64,000 nucleotides of DNA from Candidatus Atabeyarchaeum deiterrae (GCA_037310415.1 CP147780.1:32001-96000), one strand, 5' to 3'; shown: positions 40,521 to 50,731, counted from the stretch's first letter. The notes: generated by a model not told the origin, from the letters alone. Translations and numbers: made by a program.

Positions 40521-41801
40521 GTGGATAAACGAGTCGCAATAGTTGGAGCAGGATTGGGAAAGTTCGACAAGCCGAGAGAAGACAGGAGAGTCAGAGAACT
40601 CGTAGCCGAATCAGTTAGAATGGCCTTTGACTTCACACCAAATCTCTCGAAAGACGACATAGATATGGGCGTTGCGTCTTATTTCGCAACACACTTTGAT
40701 CAAGAGCACAACCCGGCAATAAGCTGCTGGGATTACATGGGCATGACACCAAAGCCGCTTCTGCACATTGAAGGAGGTGGCGCAACTGGAGCGCTGGCCA
40801 TTTGGGCAGCTTGGCACTACATAAAATCTGGTTTAGCTGATGTAATATTGGTTTATGGACTTGAAACCCAGTCAACCGTGGATTCATCTCTGGCAAACGA
40901 GTTCATAGCCGCTGCATCCGATACTGACTTTGACTACAGTCTGGGAGGATTCTACACTGGCTACTATGCATTGATGTGCACGAGACACTACGAGTTGTAC
41001 AAGACTAATCCTGTGCACACAGCAATGATAGCAGTGAAGAACAAGAGAAACGCTCTGAATAAACCGTTTGCTGAGTTCGGCGCAAACATTACCGTTGAAG
41101 ATGTGTTGAAGTCAAGGTTCATTGCGAGTCCACTTAAGATCTTTGATTGCTGCATGTTGACTGACGGTGCAGCATGTGTCGTGTTGGCATCTGAAGAAAA
41201 AGCGAGAAAATTAACTGATTCACCTATCTGGATCACGGGTGCTGGTGGCGGAAGCGACGCAATGAGACCAGGAGATAGACCCATCGCTGCAGCAGGGACT
41301 TGGGAGAAGGGCGCAAAGACGCCAATCATCAATCCTGATGAAAACATCCAAGCGCTCGCCAAGGTATTATACCCTGACATTCAGTCATTCGGCGCTTGCA
41401 GAGAGGCTGCGAGACAGGCTTACAAGCTGGCAAACATTACCAACCCACTTAAGCAGATCCATCTGGCAGAGTTGCATGACGCCTATACTTCAAGTGAAAT
41501 GCAAACCTACGAGGACATAGGATTCATCCCACATGGAAAGACAGGCAAATGGATTGAGGAAGGCGGACCTTTCGTGGATGGAGATCTCCCCTGTAATCCA
41601 AGTGGTGGACTGATTGGAGTGGGTCACCCCGTCGGGGCAACGGGAATCATGAGCGCGTTCTTCGCATACCATCAGGTGCTGGGAGATGAACCGAAGTTCT
41701 GCACAAACAAAAGCACCGAAGTTCAACGAGCAGAGAAGGCAGTTGTACACTCACATGCTGGGACAGGGACCTACATAGTTGTCATGGTCCTTGAGAAATG
41801 A
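40521..41801 (+). CDS. Thiolase-family protein (SCP2/Ltp-like)
   Basis: IEGGGATG (no Cys), TDGAA, AELHDAY, NPSGGLIGVGHPVGATG. Confidence 0.9.
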   Translation: MDKRVAIVGAGLGKFDKPREDRRVRELVAESVRMAFDFTPNLSKDDIDMGVASYFATHFDQEHNPAISCWDYMGMTPKPLLHIEGGGATGALAIWAAWHYIKSGLADVILVYGLETQSTVDSSLANEFIAAASDTDFDYSLGGFYTGYYALMCTRHYELYKTNPVHTAMIAVKNKRNALNKPFAEFGANITVEDVLKSRFIASPLKIFDCCMLTDGAACVVLASEEKARKLTDSPIWITGAGGGSDAMRPGDRPIAAAGTWEKGAKTPIINPDENIQALAKVLYPDIQSFGACREAARQAYKLANITNPLKQIHLAELHDAYTSSEMQTYEDIGFIPHGKTGKWIEEGGPFVDGDLPCNPSGGLIGVGHPVGATGIMSAFFAYHQVLGDEPKFCTNKSTEVQRAEKAVVHSHAGTGTYIVVMVLEK

Positions 41802-42307
41802 TAGAAAAGGAGAGGATAACCAAAATGTCCGACCAACCTGATGTTTTGAGTTCCGAACCCCTGAGAGTGACGAGAATCCATGACATGACCTGGAATCACA
41901 GTTATGGTAAAATAGATAAGTTCTTCAAAGCATTCGCAAAAGGAAAGCTCTTGGCCACGAGGTGTGAAAAGTGTAACAAGGTCTATGTTCCACCACGAGC
42001 TGACTGCCCATCCTGTATGGCAGACTTGACCCAGAGTTGGGTTGAACTGCCCAAGGAGTGCGAGCTACATACCTTTTCGGTACTCTACTTCGCAGGACCA
42101 ACGTTTTACAAAGACCTACCTTTCATTCTTGGACTTGCAAAATGGCCAGGAGTAGACACTTACCTGATGGCCAGACTCAAAGAAGCCAAACCAGAGGAAG
42201 TCAAGATTGGTATGAAACTAAAAGTGAGATTTGCCGAGCCGCATAGGAGAACCTGGACCGTCCTAGATTTCTGGTACGAGCCAGCAGAAAAGGAAGATAA
42301 GAAATGA
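41798..42307 (+). CDS. DUF35 Zn-ribbon OB-fold protein
   Basis: RCEKC..VYVPPRADCPSC, VKIGMKLKVRF. Confidence 0.9.
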   Translation: MIEKERITKMSDQPDVLSSEPLRVTRIHDMTWNHSYGKIDKFFKAFAKGKLLATRCEKCNKVYVPPRADCPSCMADLTQSWVELPKECELHTFSVLYFAGPTFYKDLPFILGLAKWPGVDTYLMARLKEAKPEEVKIGMKLKVRFAEPHRRTWTVLDFWYEPAEKEDKK

Positions 42308-42322
42308 AGGTGAGCAAGAAAG

Positions 42323-42589
42323 ATGGCGGAAGAAGTGAGAAAATGTCCAAAATGCAGTACGGAGATGAAGAGCTACAACGGTGGAGCTGGAGTCGTTTGG
42401 ATATGTCCTAAGAAGGGATGCGATCAGTCAGCAATACAGGAATACGAAGTTTCAGTATACCAACGATTTGAAGGAGTAAGGCTGGTCCCAGATTCGAAGG
42501 TATTCTTGCCAGTGGATCAGAGACTCGGCGCCAGAAAGAAGGAAATCTATGATCAGGCTAAACCATATCTCAAAGGAAAGAAGTATTGA
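42323..42589 (+). CDS. Small zinc-finger protein at the end of the thiolase operon
   Basis: CPKC...WICPKKGC; AGGTGA ribosome-binding site; T-rich terminator downstream. Confidence 0.7.
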   Translation: MAEEVRKCPKCSTEMKSYNGGAGVVWICPKKGCDQSAIQEYEVSVYQRFEGVRLVPDSKVFLPVDQRLGARKKEIYDQAKPYLKGKKY

Positions 42590-42729
42590 CTTCCTTACTA
42601 TTCTCCAAAATCCTTCCTTTCTTGTAGTGGTTTGAAGGAAGTGTATTTTCTTTTAAGCATCGAATAGTACATCGAATCAAGATCGAAAAAGAGAAAGAGA
42701 GAATCCAGAATAGTGTGATTCTCACGGTC

Positions 42730-43899
42730 TCAGTACCCGAATTCCTTGAATACTTCACGTTGTATAAGGAATCTCAGTACCTCGGCAGTTCCGCCGCCAA
42801 TCATCATTAGCCTTGAGTCTCTGAGCATTCTTTCAACCGGATATTCCCTTGTATAGCCTATGCCTCCGAGTATCTGGAGCGCGTTGCTGGCTACCTCGAA
42901 TGCGGTTTCAGTAGAGTATATCTTTGCCATCGTTGCTTGCTTGGTGGCGGCTATACCTTTGTCGAGTATTCGTGCCGCTTGGAGTGTCAATAGCTTGGCT
43001 GCTTCGATCTTTGTGGCCATTTCTGCTATCTTGAAGCTAACCCCTTCAAATGATCTGATTTTCTTGTCAAATTGTGCGCGTTCATTGGAGTACTTAACAG
43101 CAGCCTCGAATGGGGTTCTGGCATAACCCAGCGCTTGTGCAGCGATGCACACCCTTTCTCTGTCAAGTTCATCCATAAGTACCTTGAAGCCATCATTCTC
43201 TTTTCCTATCATGTTTTCCTTCGGCACCTTGACGTTCTTAAATTCAAGTTGGGATACCTTCGCACCGTGCTGACCGAGCAACTCGTAATCCTTCACGGCA
43301 GTGAAACCCGGCATTCCTTTCTCGACCAAGAAGGCGGACATTCCTTGGTGAGGGTGAACTTCAAGGTTAGTTATGGCGAATACGCAAAGGAAATCTGCCT
43401 GACTCCCATTTGTTATGAATCTTTTTTCACCATTAATCACGTAGTCTTTTCCTTCTAGTTTTGCTCTGGTCTTCATGCCAGCTGTGTCTGAACCTACGTC
43501 TGGCTCTGTGATTCCTATCGCTCCGATCTTTTCTCCCTTGATGACTGGAACTAGGTATTTCTTTTTCTGTTCTTCGCTTCCGAACTTGAACACTGGCATC
43601 GAGTAGAAAAGTGATGATGCTGCTCGTGACATGTCCGTGCCAGGGTTCATGGCTGAAACTTCCTCAGCAACAATGATCTCAAAAGCCATGCCCTTTTCCG
43701 TGCCGCCATACTTGGCCGGATACGGTGACCCCAGGTAACCCTTCTTCCCCATCTTACCTATGAACTCTCTGACAAGCGAGAAATCTTCTTTCCGCTCAAT
43801 CTCTTCAGACACTGGAGCTAATTCACTTTCAACAAATCTTCTGACTTCTTTCCTAAACTTGTTTTCAGCTTCACCGAACAGTATTTCAATCATTTTCAA
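42730..43899 (-). CDS. Acyl-CoA dehydrogenase
   Basis: ITEPDVGSD, INGEKRFITNG, QILGGIGY, RDSR...IGGGT.E. Confidence 0.95.
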   Translation of the reverse strand: MKMIEILFGEAENKFRKEVRRFVESELAPVSEEIERKEDFSLVREFIGKMGKKGYLGSPYPAKYGGTEKGMAFEIIVAEEVSAMNPGTDMSRAASSLFYSMPVFKFGSEEQKKKYLVPVIKGEKIGAIGITEPDVGSDTAGMKTRAKLEGKDYVINGEKRFITNGSQADFLCVFAITNLEVHPHQGMSAFLVEKGMPGFTAVKDYELLGQHGAKVSQLEFKNVKVPKENMIGKENDGFKVLMDELDRERVCIAAQALGYARTPFEAAVKYSNERAQFDKKIRSFEGVSFKIAEMATKIEAAKLLTLQAARILDKGIAATKQATMAKIYSTETAFEVASNALQILGGIGYTREYPVERMLRDSRLMMIGGGTAEVLRFLIQREVFKEFGY

Positions 43900-44228
43900 T
43901 CACCGTGATATCATATTGATCCCGTACGTTCCTACTATTAGACGCGCCATCACATATTTCAAGGATGTGATGCAGGTGGATCGTTCGACATCGGTTGTAT
44001 GTGCTTTCTTCTCCAGTATTATATTAGGGATTCGATCGAAAGTGGGCCTTGGCCCGAGTTTCACGTTGCGAGTCTTTGTTTTTGGTGGTTTTCTGCGAAC
44101 TTCTCAAGGAGATCACAAGGTTTTTCTTTAGATTGCCACTAGGGATATGAACACGGTAAGTCCTAGTGACACTTGTCAATCATCTGCTAGCATAACTGCC
44201 TCCAATAGATCGATAGGAGATAAACCAC

Positions 44229-46052
44229 ATGAAGTTTAGAGACGCTTCTGAAGATGAACCATCGTCATCGACCCAAGGAAAACGGGTCATCATAAACCTT
44301 GATGAAACTGATAAATGCGCCGTTGACCGTGAGAACAATTCAAAGGAAATCTCAATCAATGGCGTCCTGAGCATAAAGAATACGAGTAGTAGTTACAGAA
44401 TTTACAACACCTATCTATCCGTGAGCAATCACGGTTTGACCGATATCTCTGAAGGTCGATATCCTGTTGGCGAGATTGGTCCGGATAAGTCTTGGTCAAA
44501 GGACTATTCGGTTTCGACCGACACACCTACTCTGATGTTGAGAGAGACAGTCGATGCCAATTATGAAGACGAAGCCGAGGAACTCCACAGAACTTTCTAT
44601 GCGGGCAAGGAGAATCCCACGTTGTTCAAGATCTCGCTCAGAAACAACTTCGATCACGAAATCACCGACATTGTTTTGAAGAAAGCCATGATACCTGAGC
44701 TCTCCGGGGTTGAAGCTTCGGTTCAACTAGGGGAGGTTGATGTTAATGAGGACAACAGGGTCATTCAATGGACAATCGAGCGATTGAAACCAAGTGAAGA
44801 TAAGACTCTAACCTTGAAGGGAATTGTCAAACCCAAAAGTTCGGAGCCAGTCAAGTGCGGAACAACCGAGGTGAAGTTCAAGGTCGAAGATGGAGCCCGT
44901 TCGGGGATTGACTTGGACCTTGAGTCACTGGTGAAGAGTTTGTCAGGATTGAATATTAGTGAAACAACGTCGGCAGGAAAATGGAGTTTCGAGATATCCT
45001 TCAATAACGCTAGCGATCTGACTACGACACTTGAGGAGTTTATCGTAACGGGGCCAGAAGGGGAAGTCGCCCGCTTCACTCCAGCAGCTGATGTGCCAGC
45101 TGGGGAGTCGTGGACAAAGACTATGGAGTTTGAGTCAAAAGAGGTTCCTGAGCTTCACAAGGAGATTAAGTTCAGAGTTGCTCATGAAGTTCATAGAAGC
45201 ATTGATGGCTATATTTTTAGGGAAGACGACATCTTGCCGGTCGGGCAGATAACCGTTTTGAAGCAATTTGAGCCAGCGGAGATACCAGCATATGAGACTT
45301 TTAACCTAGTAGCGAAGTTGACTGTCGAGAACACTGGATCCGCGGAATTTGATTCAATTAAGTTGGTGGACAGATTGCCCAAGGATTTCAAGCCACCAAG
45401 AGCTGGCGACGTGAGGGCTGCTATCGGAACCTATGAGATTGAATGCAGGGCTGAGATAGATCCAGACGACCAAGAACATGGTACAGAGCACACCATTACT
45501 GCCACGGTGCCCAACTTGTTACGCGGCAAACGTGGTTTGAAGCCATCAGACAAATTGATTATCAACTACCCGATTACTGCCATAGGCGCTAGACCTCCTT
45601 CAGAAACAAAGTACCCTGCACCACTACATGCAACTGCTTTCTCACGACCACCAGGACTGGGAACCGATGCAGAGACGTCAGTGGAAAACCCGCCAGAGAT
45701 AGCCGTCAAGTATGTCAAGAGAATATTGACGGGTGCAACAGGTTTTGAGAGCGTTGAGGAAGGCGTCTACGAAATAACCATACAGGTCAACAACAAGGGT
45801 GAAGCAGGGCTGGAGAATGTCTCCGCTGAGCACTGGATACCTCCTGACTTTGAATTCGTCGAGTACACTCCGAAAAGACTAGTTATGGAAGAGGAAGAAA
45901 CTCCTGATGGGAAGAAAGTGAAGTTCGTGATCCCGAGGATGATCAAGGGAGCAGGAGAAACTATAGTCTACAGAGTCAAAGGTAAACCAGGTGCACATTA
46001 TAAACAGACAGAAGCGAGGTTCAAGGTTCTTGGTGCGCAGAAGAAGGAGTGA
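44229..46052 (+). CDS. Acidic multi-beta-sandwich protein with mu-homology-like segments
   Basis: 607 aa, no signal peptide; RVIINLDET..AVD..N....SINGVLSIKN and GEV.....RVIQWTIERL repeat-like motifs. Confidence 0.6.
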   Translation: MKFRDASEDEPSSSTQGKRVIINLDETDKCAVDRENNSKEISINGVLSIKNTSSSYRIYNTYLSVSNHGLTDISEGRYPVGEIGPDKSWSKDYSVSTDTPTLMLRETVDANYEDEAEELHRTFYAGKENPTLFKISLRNNFDHEITDIVLKKAMIPELSGVEASVQLGEVDVNEDNRVIQWTIERLKPSEDKTLTLKGIVKPKSSEPVKCGTTEVKFKVEDGARSGIDLDLESLVKSLSGLNISETTSAGKWSFEISFNNASDLTTTLEEFIVTGPEGEVARFTPAADVPAGESWTKTMEFESKEVPELHKEIKFRVAHEVHRSIDGYIFREDDILPVGQITVLKQFEPAEIPAYETFNLVAKLTVENTGSAEFDSIKLVDRLPKDFKPPRAGDVRAAIGTYEIECRAEIDPDDQEHGTEHTITATVPNLLRGKRGLKPSDKLIINYPITAIGARPPSETKYPAPLHATAFSRPPGLGTDAETSVENPPEIAVKYVKRILTGATGFESVEEGVYEITIQVNNKGEAGLENVSAEHWIPPDFEFVEYTPKRLVMEEEETPDGKKVKFVIPRMIKGAGETIVYRVKGKPGAHYKQTEARFKVLGAQKKE

Positions 46053-47119
46053 CAGAAGCTTCAAGGAGGGAAATTAGCAGAATGGATCTTCTAACACTGA
46101 TCTCGAGAGGGGTCGTCCCCATCATTGACTTCAAATCCATGAAGGGCGACGTGAAGCCCTTTATGGCTAAATACGGAGGACACATCAATTCAATCGGCAT
46201 TGTAGTCAAAGATGAAACCGGACGGGGGTATTTCGACAACAGTGCGGCGCCTCCTGCATCTCCCGACCACGCAAAGTTTCTGCGCTCCTCGGCTGAACTG
46301 TTTCAGTCTCTTGAGATCAAAGTATACGCCATAGTCGATGCTTTTCTTGACTCTAGAGCAATAAGGGAGCCGAGACGTAGGTCGATTGATCGATTCGGAA
46401 AGCAAAGTGAAAGGTTCTCGTGTCCAAGCAACGTTAGTAATCAGAATGATTTGGCGAAGTTGGTTGAAGAGCTTGCATCTACGAAGCTCGTAGATAACAT
46501 AGTTGTCACCGATAGCGGATTTGTGAGAAGAGACTACTGTTTTTGCGACTCTTGTCAGAAGGAGTTTGCGCAGAGGAACAAGTTACCTCTTCCAGTAACA
46601 AGCAACTCGCTGGCATCCAAGCAGGGGATGTACGATGACTGGATCAAATGGCGTTCGGAGGTCGTAACTAGAGTACTTGACCAAGCGTCGAAGCGCGTTG
46701 CGGAAGTTTCATCGAAAACACAGAGAGAAATTGCGTTCTACGGTGCAGTCGATGTTGATGAGAGAACGGGGTACTTTGATGGGGCTACACGAGATTTCGG
46801 GCAAAAGGCAGAGGACATCATGAAATCATCCAACCTTGCTGTGAGAATCCAGCCGTGGACCCCTATAATACCGTCGAACGATACGCCGGAGTATAGCAGG
46901 ACCATAAACGCATTGAAGACGGTCTCCAACCTTCTGAGTGATAACAATCGCAAAGGGCTAATCTTAGTTTGGAACATAGAGACTGAGGAGGACTTGGCTA
47001 CGACGAAGGACATGGAGAAGGCGCTATCTGCTAGCGGAGTGTTGTCCTTCTTAGGCTATCCCCAAAGCATTGGACCACAAAGAGACGCACACTTAGGATT
47101 AGACCTAGAAGCTAAGTAA
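46049..47119 (+). CDS. Glycoside-hydrolase-like TIM barrel (GHL10/DUF187-like), coupled to the upstream gene
   Basis: CPS, YCFCDSCQKEF, WIKWRSEVVT; GTGA start/stop overlap. Confidence 0.6.
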   Translation: MTEASRREISRMDLLTLISRGVVPIIDFKSMKGDVKPFMAKYGGHINSIGIVVKDETGRGYFDNSAAPPASPDHAKFLRSSAELFQSLEIKVYAIVDAFLDSRAIREPRRRSIDRFGKQSERFSCPSNVSNQNDLAKLVEELASTKLVDNIVVTDSGFVRRDYCFCDSCQKEFAQRNKLPLPVTSNSLASKQGMYDDWIKWRSEVVTRVLDQASKRVAEVSSKTQREIAFYGAVDVDERTGYFDGATRDFGQKAEDIMKSSNLAVRIQPWTPIIPSNDTPEYSRTINALKTVSNLLSDNNRKGLILVWNIETEEDLATTKDMEKALSASGVLSFLGYPQSIGPQRDAHLGLDLEAK

Positions 47120-47127
47120 TGCGTATT

Positions 47128-47649
47128 CTACTTCTTGCGCTCTTCAGTTTTTCTCTTCTTATCTTTTTCCGTCGTCTCTTTCTCTAAGTGACTCATCTCA
47201 TAAAGCATTCTACCTTCAACAATCTTTGCTTCAGGTTTAACCTTCTCGGACACCATCTCGTACTTTTCAACAGTATACCAGACCCCGTCTGCGACCTTCT
47301 TGTAAGATTTCTTCAGAAGTTCCTGAAGTTCAACAAAGCTGGAGCTGGTCTCGCTGGTCGACTCTATTAGTGATTGATCGATTTCGATGATTCTGCAGTC
47401 TCTTCCCACAGGGAATTCCAGCCCCTTTGCGCGGAGCCCGAATATCGGAATGGAGTTTGCAGCCCTTTTTGCAGTCATTCTGTTGTTCTGAGAGCTTCCC
47501 ATTCCCAGCCACATGTAAATCCTTTTTGAAGATTCATCGATTACCATTACGACCTTGCCTGGTGCCAAGATTCTCGTTGAAAGCTCAGCCGGATTCAATT
47601 CTCCAGAAGGGCTAGCTTCAAACACCGCCACAAATTTCCTAGAGTTCAT
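47128..47649 (-). CDS. Single-domain gelsolin-like protein
   Basis: LAPGKVVMVIDESSKRIYMWLGMGSS..NR..A...A matches the gelsolin repeat consensus. Confidence 0.7.
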   Translation of the reverse strand: MNSRKFVAVFEASPSGELNPAELSTRILAPGKVVMVIDESSKRIYMWLGMGSSQNNRMTAKRAANSIPIFGLRAKGLEFPVGRDCRIIEIDQSLIESTSETSSSFVELQELLKKSYKKVADGVWYTVEKYEMVSEKVKPEAKIVEGRMLYEMSHLEKETTEKDKKRKTEERKK

Positions 47650-47749
47650 CTCTACTCACACTTCTTGCTTTCTGCCTATTTCTATTCGAGAAAGTAAAGT
47701 TTCAATTGTTTTTTTCTCGTAGGATGTAAACTTATGAGTTCACTATCTA

Positions 47750-48358
47750 TTAGGATGGAATATGTTCCATGTCCGACAAGAGGAATTCAAGGAGATCTTT
47801 CACGTTAGGGGTATTTATTCTTTCACTCGCAACTAGGTCGTTCCATCTCTTGACTTTCTTTCGAAAGACACTGCTCTCCTTTTCCATCAGAAGTACAGAT
47901 TTTCTAAGTCCGTTGAAATCGAACTCCTTGGATCCTTTGCCCAACCCTCTGCAGAAGCCAGGGGCATCGTCATTGACTGTGAATTTGACCGCTCTCTGAT
48001 TTTCAATACTATAGTAGAACGGAAATGGTTTGCATACGAGAGGTCTCGCTCTGTATATGTTACACTTATTATCGTGCAGAAAAATGCATGATTCTTCGTC
48101 TTGCATAAGCGCTAGCACATTATCTTCAGCGCCATTGATTTTTATCTTAGGAATGTCAGCATATGTGTCGGCAACACTTTTGTCTGGTCTTACTATTGTC
48201 GAGAAGGCCTCGGGGCTCTTGCCTATAAAATTCGTTATTCTGTAGATGTCTGACTCTGTGACAGGCACGTTGTAGATTCTGCAACAGGTGCCACATGACT
48301 GACAGGAAAAGTGCATTTTCTCCGTTTTGTCTCCCTCGAAAAAGCTTAAGACATCCAT
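47750..48358 (-). CDS. YkgJ family cysteine-cluster protein
   Basis: CQSCGTCC, CIFL...KCNIYRARPLVCKPFPF, CRGLG. Confidence 0.9.
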   Translation of the reverse strand: MDVLSFFEGDKTEKMHFSCQSCGTCCRIYNVPVTESDIYRITNFIGKSPEAFSTIVRPDKSVADTYADIPKIKINGAEDNVLALMQDEESCIFLHDNKCNIYRARPLVCKPFPFYYSIENQRAVKFTVNDDAPGFCRGLGKGSKEFDFNGLRKSVLLMEKESSVFRKKVKRWNDLVASERINTPNVKDLLEFLLSDMEHIPS

Positions 48359-48409
48359 GAATCAATATATCGCTAGGACCCTACACTGTTCCAGAGTGGG
48401 ACACAAACC

Positions 48410-50683
48410 ATGGATCTTGTTGAGTCTTCCGCGATGATCCTGCTCAATCTGATTCCTCTTTTCGCAATATTGCTCTTCTACCCTTTTATACGTAGAGATG
48501 TGTGGAGAAGAGCATATGTCAGACTGAGTCTTTGCTTCATAGCGTTCTGGCTTGGATACTATATATTTCCAGTTGCACTCTTCAGCTTGGCAAACATACC
48601 ACAGACACATTTTGACTTGTCTCCCCCTGTTAGCTACAATCCCTGGATATCGGCAATAGGGTATTACATAACAATATTCCTCAACCTTGTTGCCGTTTTT
48701 GCGAAGACGACTCTGTTTGTGATGCCCTTCGCCTTTCTCTTCGCTCCACTTATCGCAGTTGCCATCCTGGCCCTGTATTTGAGAGGCCAGAAAGGCTCAT
48801 TTGGGGAGAAGATAAATGAGGTGGGTTACCGGTATGAGTCGAGTCCACTTCAGAGAGTCCGCGACAGACTTAAGGAAGGACAATGGAAAGAAGAGAAAGA
48901 ACTGTTCAAGTTGATGATCGTATTTCTTCCTATTTCCCTTTTCGTTCTTACTTTCATACTCGCCGTCTCCGGTCAACTTGCAGTGACTCACACTTTCGTC
49001 GACGCAGGTTTAATCGTATTCATAGAGGACTTGGTAGCTTATTTGGCAAGTTTCCTTGCTGCTGTCTATTTGCTATATTCCTCGAAGCTTAGTTTTCGTG
49101 GCAAATCGTTGGGAGACAGGATAAAGTTTTCTGTTAACAATTCCTTGTTGAGAACTGGAACATTCATCGCCCTTCTCTCATTAGTTGCTTTCATCGCGCA
49201 GTATTCTCTAATGTGGATTACGATGAGTTACTTCATTGTTTACTACATTATGATGAGTGTAATCTTTGCTATTCTGCTGCCATTTTTTGAACCCTTTAGT
49301 TCGCTACTATTTATCAAGTTGGTCAACTTTACCAGGGGTTCCAAGCTCAGTGCCAAGCTTAGGAGTGTCTTCAGCCGGAGATCGATTTCCCCTATAATCT
49401 TCGGATTTGCAGTGGCAAGCACTGCAGTAGTAATGCGAGGGCTTGTTGATTTGGGCATAGCATTTTCCAGTAGTCTCAGTTCCCTGGCAATCTGGTATAA
49501 TTCCACTTTGCTACCGGCAGTCTCAATCCTTGGTTCTCCGTCGTTTACAGATGAACTCTGGTACATCAGGCTGTTCTTGATCTTCGCAACCAGGGATGTT
49601 TTGGAATTTTTTGTTGTGGCCTACATTTTGGTGTGGTTTGTGAGACAGCAGAACTCTTCTATAACTGCAACAGTTCTGTCAACCGCTGTCTTCTCCTCCA
49701 TATACTACCTGGTGTCAAGTATTCCTGTCGCAGCCAGCTTGATTCCTCAAAGCACGCCTTTGTACTGGTTTACGGCTGCCCCTGCTATCATGACGGCGCC
49801 AGACTTCTACCTTCCAGTTTCTAGGATCGGTACGCTACCTGTTCAAAACTCCCTCTTGGGCAACGCGGAGCTACTATACCTATCGCTCAGCCCTCTCTTG
49901 TTGCTACTCCTTTTGTCATACTTGATCAAGTACCGGAAAGACCCGCTATATCTGACAGAGAAGATCGGAGAAGAAACAGTAACCGAGAAAGCCTACTCAA
50001 GACTCTCCGTCATGCCAAGCTTAAGTGACGTGAAGAGTCCGACTAAGGATAATGTATTCAAGTATGGTCACCCTCCGAAGAAGAGTAGAACCTTGAAGGA
50101 TGTCTCCCCTGAAACCCGAGACGATATAAAGAAGGTGACCGAAGCACTCGGTAAGAATATGCTTACTGGTTTCTCAAATCTGGCTGGCGAAACTGGTGTG
50201 GAAGCAAAGAAACTCTATGGCATTCTACGGTATATGGTTTCCACTGGATTGGTTGAAGCGTATGGCGTGGAATTCACATCAGTGACTCCGAGGGCAGCGC
50301 TTCAGAACCTCTATGTTACAACAAAGGTTGGGTTGAACATTTTCAATTACTCATTTGGTTCGCTGACGATTGATCCTGCGCTTGTCTCAGGGATGCTGAC
50401 GGCTATAACTAGCTTCATAAAAGAGGCTACAAGGTCCAAGCAGTCTCTTAGAACCATCGAGCATGGAGATGTTGTCCTGATGATCGAGTATGGCAACTTT
50501 GTCTTCGGAACAATAGTTGCCGACGAAGAGACGCCCGATCTCAGAATGGCATTGAGAAAGTTCGTGGATCAGTTTGAGAAGAAACATGGTGCTGCTGTGG
50601 CGAATTGGACAGGACGAGTGGAGGAATTTGACCAGGACAAGAGCATGGTAGTGTTGATTTTCAAGCAATACTTGAATGCGTAA
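48410..50683 (+). CDS. Multipass membrane protein with C-terminal wHTH and longin-like domain
   Basis: About 12-14 TM; then NLAGETGVEAKKLYGILRYMVSTGLV (wHTH); then LYV..K.GL.IF...F...DPALVSGMLTAITSFIKE...LRTIEHGD. Confidence 0.7.
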   Translation: MDLVESSAMILLNLIPLFAILLFYPFIRRDVWRRAYVRLSLCFIAFWLGYYIFPVALFSLANIPQTHFDLSPPVSYNPWISAIGYYITIFLNLVAVFAKTTLFVMPFAFLFAPLIAVAILALYLRGQKGSFGEKINEVGYRYESSPLQRVRDRLKEGQWKEEKELFKLMIVFLPISLFVLTFILAVSGQLAVTHTFVDAGLIVFIEDLVAYLASFLAAVYLLYSSKLSFRGKSLGDRIKFSVNNSLLRTGTFIALLSLVAFIAQYSLMWITMSYFIVYYIMMSVIFAILLPFFEPFSSLLFIKLVNFTRGSKLSAKLRSVFSRRSISPIIFGFAVASTAVVMRGLVDLGIAFSSSLSSLAIWYNSTLLPAVSILGSPSFTDELWYIRLFLIFATRDVLEFFVVAYILVWFVRQQNSSITATVLSTAVFSSIYYLVSSIPVAASLIPQSTPLYWFTAAPAIMTAPDFYLPVSRIGTLPVQNSLLGNAELLYLSLSPLLLLLLLSYLIKYRKDPLYLTEKIGEETVTEKAYSRLSVMPSLSDVKSPTKDNVFKYGHPPKKSRTLKDVSPETRDDIKKVTEALGKNMLTGFSNLAGETGVEAKKLYGILRYMVSTGLVEAYGVEFTSVTPRAALQNLYVTTKVGLNIFNYSFGSLTIDPALVSGMLTAITSFIKEATRSKQSLRTIEHGDVVLMIEYGNFVFGTIVADEETPDLRMALRKFVDQFEKKHGAAVANWTGRVEEFDQDKSMVVLIFKQYLNA

Positions 50684-50731
50684 CTGAATTCCTAGTGATG
50701 TGCGTCTTTCTGGGAATGGTGAGAGAAGCCA

